A model generated the notes under the pieces. It searched no databases, was not told the DNA's origin, and was given only the letters and a program-made list of their open reading frames with translations. The translations under genes and the position numbers were made by a program. This document shows positions 56,291 to 64,000 of a DNA stretch of 64,000 nucleotides, piece after piece. Numbering within the stretch: the first letter of the stretch is position 1; the number at the start of each line of letters is the position of its first letter. This DNA is from Solirubrobacterales bacterium (GTDB lineage: Bacteria > Actinomycetota > Thermoleophilia > Solirubrobacterales > JACPNS01), in NCBI GenBank assembly GCA_049274915.1, contig JBASTN010000046.1, positions 6,519 through 70,518 of the forward strand, given 5' to 3'.

Positions 56291-56312
56291 TACTGCCAGA
56301 TCAATCGCCCGG

Positions 56313-56855
56313 TCACGCGTTGGCGATTCGGATCGCGATTCCTTCGAGCATCCGTTTCACGCGCTGCCTCTCGCGGTCGGCGATCGGCAGCAGCTCGACT
56401 CGTGACTGCATCAGCTCAAGTTCGACGAGTCCTTCCTCCGCGGCGCATTGAACGAATTCCCAGTCGCGCTCTCTGCCGGCGACGCACTTGGAAAGCGCGA
56501 GGTCGTTCGGTTCGAGGCATTCGGCGGTGATGGTTTTGCCGCCGTCGGTGAATTCCAATGGAATGAGGCGGTCCTCCCAGCCCGCGGGGCACTTTGCCGT
56601 TTCCGGGCCGACGCCGTGTCCGTATACGCCGTGGGTGCTCTGAAACATTGAGCCCTCGCCGATGCCGCCATCGATCTCGATTGCTTTCTCTGGACTCTCG
56701 CGCGGATAAATATCCGCCTCCATCGAAAAGACCAGAGGATCGGGAAGATCCTCACGAGTGGCAAGAATCAATTGACTGCCGACTACGACGAACCGTGTCT
56801 CGTCGGTGATTCGCGCCGATGCGCGCACGATGTGGATGAGCTGGTCTCGATTCAT
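56313..56855 (-). CDS. Nucleotidyltransferase-fold protein (DUF6036-like), putative toxin/effector of a two-gene module
   Basis: 180 aa. FVVVGSQLIL...SMEADIYP fits the minimal NTase hG[GS]...[DE]x[DE] pattern. GEGSMFQSTHGVYGHGV and DLALSKCVAGRERDWEF resemble DUF6036 from memory. Confidence 0.55.
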   Translation of the reverse strand: MNRDQLIHIVRASARITDETRFVVVGSQLILATREDLPDPLVFSMEADIYPRESPEKAIEIDGGIGEGSMFQSTHGVYGHGVGPETAKCPAGWEDRLIPLEFTDGGKTITAECLEPNDLALSKCVAGRERDWEFVQCAAEEGLVELELMQSRVELLPIADRERQRVKRMLEGIAIRIANA

Positions 56856-57559
56856 CCGACGACCTGCGCGAGAATCTCCCTGCGCTCGGGTTCGCTCAGT
56901 GTTCCGGCGAACGGCGAGTTCTGCCGCAGGTCGAATCCGGCTTCGGATTCATCCACCAGCGCCGACTTGATCTCCACGATCGATCCCGCGAGGATCCGCT
57001 CCCACTGGTCGGCATATCGGTCGTGCATCCGGCCCTCGTCCCGTAGGCGCCAAACGGTGCGCAGTGCGTCGTCGGCCTGCGCGCGCGAAAGATTTCGCGC
57101 GACTTCGCGGTGGTAGGCGAGCGCAAGCCGGTTTGCTCGGTCGTGCGGGGCCCCGTCGCGCGGGCCGGCGTAAGCTGCTCCGCGCGCGCGCAGGCGCTCG
57201 GCCTTTTGGCGATTTTCCCGCATCACCGGCTCGAGTGAGTGCGCGTGACCGTTTGGTCCGCGCGTCCGGTCGACGGCGATTGCCAGATCGACCAGATAGC
57301 GGGTCGGGATTTCTTCGCGCCCCTGCGCGTTGAGCACGAGGGGCAGATCACCGGTCTTGGTCCAGCGGCCCAGCGCGGTGTGACTCACACCAAGGAGCTC
57401 AGCGGCGAGTCGTTGCGAGACCGTCGGGCCGATCCTGCGCTCGAGGTTTGCGCCCACCGTGACGAGGTCTCGGTTGGGTGGAAGTTCGCGTTGGACGCGG
57501 CGAAGGCGGATCAGGTCTTCGAGATCGGCGGCTTTGCGTTCGTTCGCTGACATATTCAC
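56852..57559 (-). CDS. HTH DNA-binding protein, putative antitoxin/regulator partner
   Basis: QRLAAELLGVSHTALGRWTKTGDLP is an HTH, followed by a ~150-aa helical C-terminal domain. A 4-nt ATGA overlap links it to the downstream NTase gene. The start is GTG 57559 or ATG 57553. Confidence 0.55.
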   Translation of the reverse strand: MNMSANERKAADLEDLIRLRRVQRELPPNRDLVTVGANLERRIGPTVSQRLAAELLGVSHTALGRWTKTGDLPLVLNAQGREEIPTRYLVDLAIAVDRTRGPNGHAHSLEPVMRENRQKAERLRARGAAYAGPRDGAPHDRANRLALAYHREVARNLSRAQADDALRTVWRLRDEGRMHDRYADQWERILAGSIVEIKSALVDESEAGFDLRQNSPFAGTLSEPERREILAQVVG

Positions 57560-57593
57560 AGTCTACCGAAAGATGCCACACATTACAAATAAT

Positions 57594-57615
57594 GACAACT
57601 TTAACCTAAGTTGTC
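57594..57615. promoter_or_regulatory. Perfect 8-bp inverted repeat (GACAACTT-N6-AAGTTGTC) in the AT-rich leader of the HTH/NTase operon; candidate operator
   Basis: Read directly from the sequence. It lies 35-56 nt upstream of the HTH gene start, within the sequence ATTACAAATAATGACAACTTTAACCTAAGTTGTC. Confidence 0.4.
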
Positions 57616-57744
57616 TGCCGCCGGCGGCATCGGACGCCGCAAGATCTCGAATGTGTCCTGCCCCTGGCATGATCAGGTCGACATCGCGCTGATCGCGATC
57701 GCGATACAGCCGAATCGGGTCGTCCAGCGCGTTGCTCTGACGCA

Positions 57745-57965
57745 ATAGCTCGACCGCCGCGACCGTCGCTTTTCGACGAACGGATCAACCGCGTGGCCGA
57801 GACTGCCAGCGATCAGTCATCGTTCAGCCTCTTCTACATCGACCTCGACGAGTTCAAGTCCGTCAATGACGATCTCGGTCACGATGTCGGCGACGAACTG
57901 TCGCGTCAGGTCGCCGGTCGCTTTCGTGGCCGCCTGCGCGACTTCGATCTAGTTGCACGAAGAAC
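57745..57965 (+). pseudogene. GGDEF (diguanylate cyclase) domain fragment lacking start, upstream sensor and the GGDEF motif itself
   Basis: LFDERINRVAETASDQSSFSLFYIDLDEFKSVNDDLGHDVGDELSRQVAGRFRGRLRDFDLVAR matches the first half of a GGDEF domain. It then diverges (RTGTSELEG) and stops. Confidence 0.6.
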
Positions 57966-58120
57966 CGGCACGTCGGAGCTAGAAGGTGCTGCGCAGGCGG
58001 GTTGAGCTCAAGCCGTTCTGAAGCTCATGCGCCGACCAGCGCAAAGACCCTTCGCTCATCCCGTAACCCTTCCGATTCGAGCCGGCGAGTGTTCGTCCTC
58101 GCACAGCCAATGGCACACGT

Positions 58121-58360
58121 TCAGTTTAGAAATATGTCCGGCAATCGATTCTTGCCAGCGCATGCACGCGCCTTGCTGTTTTTTGACGGTGGCCACGTCT
58201 CGATCGGATCGGCATAGAAATACTGCGGCTCAGTCTTCTGCAGACATTCGTGATATTGGTGCCGACCCGTGAACACTGCAGTCGCGATGAGCGTGAAGAT
58301 GATCACCACTACTCCTGCGCCTTGAAGCAATCTCCTTGATGGGGCACCTCGCTGTTTCAT
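58121..58360 (-). CDS. Possible small single-TM protein
   Basis: ATG 58360 is preceded by GAGGGGA. The product MKQRGAPSRRLLQGAGVVVIIFTLIATAVFTG... has one TM helix. GC is lower than the surroundings. No family recognised. Confidence 0.3.
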   Translation of the reverse strand: MKQRGAPSRRLLQGAGVVVIIFTLIATAVFTGRHQYHECLQKTEPQYFYADPIETWPPSKNSKARACAGKNRLPDIFLN

Positions 58361-58445
58361 TCTCAATATCCCCTCACTTCATGTCCCCAGTGCAGGTATC
58401 CTGCCGGAACTCGGCACGCAATATTGCTGTCCATTCTCGCCTCTA

Positions 58446-58817
58446 ATGGACGAACTCTTGGCGGGCGATCTGCCCGTGTGGCAGCGTGAACGTGCAATGG
58501 GGGTTCGCCTGATGGCGCTTGGCCGTCCAAACCAAGACGTGGCAGAGATAGTCGGTAGACACGAAAACACAGTCGGCGTGTGGCGCAGGGAATACGCGCA
58601 GCGAGGCATCGAGTCGATCACCGAACCTCGCGGCGGCCGTCGCAATCAGGTGATGGATGAGGCCGCAGAACAGGCCTTCGTTGAAGGGTTCGCCAAGGCG
58701 GCAGAGCGAGGCGAACCGGTGACCGCGAACATCATCCACGAGGCGCTCATCAAGCAGACCGGTCAAGAGGTCTGGCCGTCGACCGTATACCGGACGCTGG
58801 AGCGAAATGGCTGGCGC
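58446..58817 (+). pseudogene. IS630-family transposase N-terminal HTH portion, truncated (no DDE domain)
   Basis: RERAMGVRLMALGRPNQDVAEIVGRHENTVGVWRREY...PRGGRRNQVMDEA...IIHEALIKQTGQEVWPSTVYRTLERNGWRR is typical of IS630 ORF1. The reading frame then runs into the duplicated fragment at 58818. Confidence 0.55.
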
Positions 58818-58949
58818 CGGTCGGCGATCGGCAGCAGCTCGACTCGTGACTGCATTAGCTCAAGTTCGACGAGTCCTTCCTCCGCGGCGCATTGAACGAA
58901 CGACCTCGCGCTTTCCAAGTGCGTCGCCGGCAGAGAGCGCGACTGGGAG
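58818..58949. repeat. Second copy of part of the NTase gene 3' region: 83 bp direct (82/83) + adjacent 49 bp inverted (48/49)
   Basis: 58818-58900 matches 56374-56456 with one C/T difference. 58901-58949 is the reverse complement of 56457-56505 with one difference. Both copies continue with TTCG. Confidence 0.9.
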
Positions 58950-59103
58950 TTCGCTCAATACTGTCCAGTCTGGATTACGGTCGCCGTAACACTGGCGACC
59001 GGGGTGGACTACTTCGTGAATGTGGGCAAGCGGCTGGATGAGCTATTGCAGCCACCGGAGGAGCCGCGCGGCATGGCCAATATGCGCTTGAGCCGTCCGC
59101 GCG

Positions 59104-59841
59104 TCAGCGCGGCTTTGTCACAACTGCACAAGACGTGATCGGAAAGAATGGATCGTCGATCGCGAGGTCGCGCTCGTCAAGTTCTTCCGCGGCAAGTCCC
59201 ATGAAAAACGAAATCCCGCTGAGCACGTTTCCGTGGCCCTCCACAACGATTTTCGCCTCTGCAGGCAGCGACAGCGTCAGCCGCTGTTCGAATCCGCGGG
59301 GCGTGTAGCGCCAAAAATCGATGTCGGAGATCTCATGATCGACACGCCCCAAGCACGGCGCCGTGATGAGCAGGTTGCCACCGGGTTTCAATGCACGCCA
59401 CAGGTTCTTCAGAGCCGCGTCTTCGTCACCCAGCAGGTGAAACGTCTGCGTCAGCACGATGCTGTCGTATGCCTCTGCCGGCAGTGATTTCGGCACGCAG
59501 AGGTCTGCGATCAGATCGGCTTTTGAGTTGTCCGGATCGATGTCCACCACATGCGCCCGCGTCACGCGGTCGCCGCCGAAACGGCGCACGTAGTCAGCGT
59601 CACGCACCTCCATCGCGTTCCCGAGAATGAGTTTCTTCGACCGTTCGAGAAAGCGCTCGATGTACCAGCGGTCCACCGGCAGCCCGCGATCCCATCCGTA
59701 GCAGTCGCTGAACGGCTTCGTTCGCTTCAGTGAACCCCAGCGCACCCGGCGTCCGGGCGCGCGGCGAATTGCCCACCGCGCCTTCGGTTTGAGCCGTTTT
59801 GCGAGCCTTTCGTTCTGCGCGATTCGGTCTTTCGGAGTCAC
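59104..59841 (-). CDS. Class I SAM-dependent methyltransferase (polysaccharide-cluster type)
   Basis: GWDRGLPVDRWYIERFL, AMEVRDADYVRRFGG, SIVLTQTFHLL and LKPGGNLLITAP are present. I prefer GTG 59841, which forms a GTGA overlap with the flippase stop. Confidence 0.8.
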   Translation of the reverse strand: MTPKDRIAQNERLAKRLKPKARWAIRRAPGRRVRWGSLKRTKPFSDCYGWDRGLPVDRWYIERFLERSKKLILGNAMEVRDADYVRRFGGDRVTRAHVVDIDPDNSKADLIADLCVPKSLPAEAYDSIVLTQTFHLLGDEDAALKNLWRALKPGGNLLITAPCLGRVDHEISDIDFWRYTPRGFEQRLTLSLPAEAKIVVEGHGNVLSGISFFMGLAAEELDERDLAIDDPFFPITSCAVVTKPR

Positions 59842-61133
59842 TCTGTAGGGCCTTTCGGTGAAAGCAATGTCATCACCGATGGTAGGAGTGCGATCGCCAC
59901 GACGGCATTCGCAATCGTCCAACCGAGGGCAATTCCGTTTATCCCCAAGGGCGAAGCCAGAATGGCTGACGTGGGAATCAAAAGAAGCATGATCGATGTC
60001 TCGACGATCAGGATTCGTCTTCCGCGGCCGGCCACTCGCTCTAGCGCAACGAAGAGCATGATGATTACGCGGAAAACCGAAGCGCAGGCGAGGATCCTCA
60101 GCACTGAGTCGCCGGCGGCGGCATAGTCCGAGCCGAAGGGGAGCAGCGCGACGTGAGCCAAAACGATCAGCCCAAACAATGCGGCGATCAGGGGAGCCGC
60201 GAACCGCCGGACGACGGTGCGCGCCAGTTGACGGGTCTGCGATTCGTCAAAAGCGCCCTCCACGACAAGTGATGTGGCGACGCCGTAAGACAGCAGATCG
60301 AACGCGATGATCATCGTGAATGGAATGAAGAAGTATGCGTTTTGAACGCTCCCGAGAATGCCAACGACTAGCAACGGCAAAAAGGTCGTGGTGGCTCGGG
60401 CGAGGACGGAGGCAAAGTAATCCTGAGTGTGGAAGAAGATCAGCTCGCGGCGCTTCATCTGACGCACAGTAGAGAACTCGACGGCAGGCAATTGCGAGTG
60501 GGCAGTTGCGAGGCGTGTGAACAGGATGAAGCTAATCGGAATGAGCAACGGCAGCACCGGGATGACCCATGCCAGAAAGACGCCGTTGGTCAGCGTCGTC
60601 GCCGCGAGCACGGGCAAGGCGGCGATCTTGAGCACGCCGAACGAAATATTCTCGGCCGGCACCCACGGCGCGCGACGCAAGCCGACTAGCGCCGAATCCT
60701 GCAACGTGAACCAGCCCCAGATGATCAGCGCAAGCACGAATCCCGGAGCGATCAGGCCGGATCGGAGAAAGCCGAATTCGTCGGACACGGCGGGCGCAAG
60801 CATTACGAAAACGGTCCCCAGCACAAGCGCCGCGAGCCCGCTGATCGCGAACGCGCCGGCGAGCACCCGCCGGACGTTTTCGCGCAGCGCTGGTAGAAAA
60901 CGCGGCAGAGCGTTGTCGAGGTTCAGCTGGCAGACGGTGGAGAGTTCGACGAGCGCCGCGAGCAGGGCGCCGTCGCGCCCGATCTGATCAGCGCTGAATG
61001 TTCGCGCGGCGATCGCCCAGAAGGCGATTCCCAGGAGCGCGGTGGCGCCGGAGTTGACGATCAAGCTGTTGGCGCCGCGCATGAGGTGGCGAGAGTCGGC
61101 ACCTTCCACGTTCGCGTCAGCGTGGGCTTGCAT
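59838..61133 (-). CDS. Wzx/MOP-type polysaccharide flippase
   Basis: 431 aa with about 12 TM helices. The N-terminus GANSLIVNSGATALLGIAFWAIAARTFSADQIG is typical of polysaccharide-biosynthesis transporters. Confidence 0.75.
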   Translation of the reverse strand: MQAHADANVEGADSRHLMRGANSLIVNSGATALLGIAFWAIAARTFSADQIGRDGALLAALVELSTVCQLNLDNALPRFLPALRENVRRVLAGAFAISGLAALVLGTVFVMLAPAVSDEFGFLRSGLIAPGFVLALIIWGWFTLQDSALVGLRRAPWVPAENISFGVLKIAALPVLAATTLTNGVFLAWVIPVLPLLIPISFILFTRLATAHSQLPAVEFSTVRQMKRRELIFFHTQDYFASVLARATTTFLPLLVVGILGSVQNAYFFIPFTMIIAFDLLSYGVATSLVVEGAFDESQTRQLARTVVRRFAAPLIAALFGLIVLAHVALLPFGSDYAAAGDSVLRILACASVFRVIIMLFVALERVAGRGRRILIVETSIMLLLIPTSAILASPLGINGIALGWTIANAVVAIALLPSVMTLLSPKGPTE

Positions 61134-61508
61134 GGCGGGATCATCGCATAGCGGTCAGTGGGGCAGGCTCGGCCTCATTCAGCGCACCGGCCCGTCGTCA
61201 AGAGGTGGAATGCGCATCGAACTGGATTGCGGTGCTGGCTACAACATGGGCCACCACGCGCTGCTTGCGGGATCTGTTCGGGCCGGTAAACGCGACGGGT
61301 TTCATCGCCGACAAAGTGCGCTGCTCGGAAAACGCAGCTACGGTGTCGTGTATTCCGGACGCTGCGGATGTCGGACGCTCTCGGTCAGGCGGAATGCAAT
61401 GAGCGGCATCGGGTACGCGATCCTTTCGCATGGTCGCGTCGCGCTCAGCCGCAATCGGATATCCAAGGGCCGGGTTTGGCTAGGGCGGTAATTGTTGCGA
61501 CTTGAGGT

Positions 61509-62222
61509 TCAGATCTTGTTGCGTTCCAGCCGACCTACCAAAATTCCGGCGCCCTTCCGCCAGGGTTTCCCTTCCTCAACGCTGAGGTAGACGTTGTGGT
61601 CCTTGCGGATCGCACAGCGCTGTTGCTCCACGACGCTCCAACCTTCGAACGAGTCAAATAGGTCCCACTCGAAACGATGGGGCTCGGCGGGCGTCGGATC
61701 ATGGTTCACCTCGACGATCACCAGCGCGGTGCCTCCAGGCCTTGTCACTCGCGTCACTTCAGCGATCGCTTTTGCCGCGTCGTCGACGTGGTCGAGTGAG
61801 TTGAACAGCGCGACGATGTCGAAGTGACCGTCCTCGAAGGGCATGCTTTCGGCGCCGGAAGCGACGTAATCCATCTCGTGTTGGTCGATGCCCAGCTCTC
61901 GGTAATCCTCGACGAGTGGGTCCAGGCCGACGCGTTCGGCCGCTTCGGTGGCCCATTCCAAACTGCCGCGCGGTCCGCAGCCAATGTCGAGCACCCGCTT
62001 GCCCTTGTATGAATCGTGGGTGAGGCCGAGTTGCGCGGTGTAGAATTGTTCGTACCAGTAGTTCTCCAACTCGGTGTCCTCGCGTTTATAGGCACGCTTC
62101 CAGTAGCCGAGCTCTTCGCGCTCCTTGGTGTGGCCCAGTTTGAAGCGCACCCAGATGTAGGTCCTTTGCAGCCAGGCGCGAGCCTTGGTTGGGGCATCAG
62201 AAAGTGCGTTGTTAGCGGCCAT
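61509..62222 (-). CDS. Class I SAM-dependent methyltransferase
   Basis: The SAM motif I is VLDIGCGPRGSL. FDIVALFNSLDHV and RPGGTALVIV are also present. Confidence 0.85.
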   Translation of the reverse strand: MAANNALSDAPTKARAWLQRTYIWVRFKLGHTKEREELGYWKRAYKREDTELENYWYEQFYTAQLGLTHDSYKGKRVLDIGCGPRGSLEWATEAAERVGLDPLVEDYRELGIDQHEMDYVASGAESMPFEDGHFDIVALFNSLDHVDDAAKAIAEVTRVTRPGGTALVIVEVNHDPTPAEPHRFEWDLFDSFEGWSVVEQQRCAIRKDHNVYLSVEEGKPWRKGAGILVGRLERNKI

Positions 62223-63507
62223 TTATGACTTCTCCTAGGTTGAGTTGACGCGACCATCGCTTGCTGCGCACGTAGTAAATGGGCCCGCACGCCAGGCCTT
62301 TCGCAAATGCGTGTCTCAGCGGCTTCCGCCTGTCGGCCACGCGCTCGGCGGACGCCTGGCTAAGCCGCGCGCGGCCGACGAGCGCGCGCGCCACGGTCTT
62401 CGCGAACGCGGTCAGAAATCTCATGTCGGTGGACAAGTACTTTGTGCAGATCGCGCCGCATCCGACGCCGTAGTTGAATATCTGACGCTCGAGCGACCCG
62501 CCGTCCCGCCGATGTTCGTGCCAGCAGATCGAGCGCGGTTCATAGACCAGCGCGCCGCCGTCGAGAATCGCAGCGCTCATCGCCTCCACGTCGGAGCCGG
62601 CCAAGGCAACGCTTCCGGCGCCCAGCGAGGGATCGAATCCTTGGCGGCGGACGAGCCCAGTTCGCCTGAAGGCCATGCTGTTGCCTGAACCGAACACGGC
62701 ACCCCAGAAGGGGAAGAACGGTGCATCGTGATCATCCTCCGCCGACAGTGAATATTCACGGCGCTCCAAACCTTTCGAGAATCCCGCGAATCGTTCGAAG
62801 TTCTTTTGCGCGCCGGTGATCAGCTCCAGCGGCAACACCATGCCGGTCGTTGCCTGAACCGCGGGGTCATCGAACGGATCGAGCAGCCAATCCAGCCATT
62901 CGCCGTCAACGACGACGTCGTCATCCGTGAACGCCACAAGGTCTCCGGACGCTTCGGCGAGTCCGCGATTGCGCGCGACCGAGCTTCCCGGCCGGGACTC
63001 CTCGAAATAGCGGAAGCGCGGATCGCGATCGGCAATGCGTTTGACGACTTCGCGCGTGCCGGTGTCGCCGGGGGAGTTGTTGACGACGATGAATTCCAAG
63101 TCTGCCCGCGGAATCGCCGCAAGGGATTCGAGGCAGCGCTGGAGCTGGCTCGATCTTCCTCGGGTCGGAACGATCACGGTGACAGGCGCATCCACCCGCC
63201 GGGGGCGCCGGTCGTTGGACTCGACAGTCGATGCGCCGCCAAGAGCTTCGCGAGCGAATTCAGATACCTCGCCCGGCTGCAGGCTCGTGATGTTCAGGGG
63301 CGCATGGAGGAAGCCGATCGGCGTTGCGCCTGCGCGCACCGCCAACACCGTGGCCGCGGTCGCCTCAGCGGTCACCTCGCCTCCCGGCAACTGAACAGCA
63401 GGCTCCGCACCCAATTGCAGCAAGCCGACGCTGGTCGGCAGATCACCTTCCAGCGCGATCGCTGGGATCTCGGTGGCGGCGATCAAAACTGTGGCGACGA
63501 CGGTCAT
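62212..63507 (-). CDS. Glycosyltransferase family 2 with ~110-aa N-terminal extension
   Basis: VTVIVPTRGRSSQLQRCLESL, FIVVNNSPGD and LVAFTDDDVVVDGEWL (DxD) are present. Confidence 0.85.
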   Translation of the reverse strand: MTVVATVLIAATEIPAIALEGDLPTSVGLLQLGAEPAVQLPGGEVTAEATAATVLAVRAGATPIGFLHAPLNITSLQPGEVSEFAREALGGASTVESNDRRPRRVDAPVTVIVPTRGRSSQLQRCLESLAAIPRADLEFIVVNNSPGDTGTREVVKRIADRDPRFRYFEESRPGSSVARNRGLAEASGDLVAFTDDDVVVDGEWLDWLLDPFDDPAVQATTGMVLPLELITGAQKNFERFAGFSKGLERREYSLSAEDDHDAPFFPFWGAVFGSGNSMAFRRTGLVRRQGFDPSLGAGSVALAGSDVEAMSAAILDGGALVYEPRSICWHEHRRDGGSLERQIFNYGVGCGAICTKYLSTDMRFLTAFAKTVARALVGRARLSQASAERVADRRKPLRHAFAKGLACGPIYYVRSKRWSRQLNLGEVINGR

Positions 63508-64000
63508 AGGCGAACCCAGCTGTCGGGAATCAGGTCACGTGTGTCGTTCTCGGAACCGGCGAACCATGCACTGGGCGCAACCACGATCCGGCCGCTGCCT
63601 TTGCCAAGCCACGCACCCCACCAACTGAAGCTGCTGTTGGCGATGATGTTGTGACTGCAGAGCGACATCAAATGGATCTCTTCGTGCGCTGCACCGCTTT
63701 CGGCGGACACGATCACAGCGTTTTCCGGCAGCGGCAGATTCTCGGCGCTCCATGCGGGATCATCCGAAAAGACGAACGGCGTTGCATCGGGCACGCGTTC
63801 GAGGACATGGCCAAGCGCGCGCTCGTAGTAATCAACCGAACACACCCCATGCCGCTTCGCCGCGATCGGGTCATTAACGTAGTCGCCGCGCCGGGCATGT
63901 ACCGAGACGGATGGCCGCTCGGCAATCCGCCGCGCGAACGCAGCGGCAGGCTCGGAGAGCCGCTGCGGCTTGAACTCGCCGCGAAGCACACCGGCAACAT
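63504..64000 (-). CDS. Alpha-1,2-fucosyltransferase-like (GT11), C-terminal part; 5' end beyond window
   Basis: VSVHARRGDYV (HxRRGDY motif) and IIANSSFSWWGAWL are GT11 hallmarks. About 150 N-terminal residues expected for the family are missing, and the frame stays open to the window edge. Confidence 0.75.
   Translation of the reverse strand, partial: VAGVLRGEFKPQRLSEPAAAFARRIAERPSVSVHARRGDYVNDPIAAKRHGVCSVDYYERALGHVLERVPDATPFVFSDDPAWSAENLPLPENAVIVSAESGAAHEEIHLMSLCSHNIIANSSFSWWGAWLGKGSGRIVVAPSAWFAGSENDTRDLIPDSWVRL

Noticed and set aside
61134-61508. ORFs in the 375-nt gap between the flippase and methyltransferase genes (e.g. 61198-61431 minus, 61042-61491 plus).
   Set aside because: No family resemblance, no RBS, and atypical composition. 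More likely this is an internal promoter or spacer of the glycan operon.

Overview
High-GC, actinobacterial-type chromosomal segment with no rRNA and no CRISPR array.

**Left third.** It holds a partial DUF3494 secreted protein, tRNA-Val, SRP RNA, a GT-C membrane protein, dnaX-ybaB-recR, a CoA-transferase and ask-asd. A class C (IIC)-like group II intron then sits 6 nt after the intrinsic terminator of a minus-strand operon (alpha/beta hydrolase, GT-C-like membrane protein, CDP-alcohol phosphatidyltransferase, ino1).

**Middle.** It holds an endonuclease III-like glycosylase, dnaK-grpE-dnaJ-hspR-clpB, an eRF1-like (baeRF) protein and a secreted 7x RCC1-repeat protein. A dispersed purine cluster (purD, purE, purB, purC, purS-purQ-purL-purF, purN, purH) is interrupted by unrelated genes, a RAYT/IS200-like Y1 transposase with an unusual repeat array, and several non-coding tandem arrays.

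**Right third.** A MerR regulator faces a divergent membrane protein. tRNA-Lys is followed by a DUF2235 lipase-like protein and sugar-modification genes. tRNA-Glu is followed by a visibly lower-GC mosaic: an AbiE-like HTH + nucleotidyltransferase pair, GGDEF and IS630 remnants, and a duplicated, partly inverted gene fragment. A glycan operon (methyltransferases, Wzx-like flippase, GT2, GT11) then runs off the window.

**Window-wide signal.** Many in-frame 12/15/27-bp tandem repeats add low-complexity tails to otherwise conserved proteins.

**Best candidates for something undescribed.** These are the AbiE-like module with its rearranged duplicate, the RAYT-associated repeat array, and the baeRF protein next to clpB.

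**Limits.** Many long ORFs in the track are antisense shadows of real genes and were not called. Family assignments come from motif recognition by eye, not from database searches.
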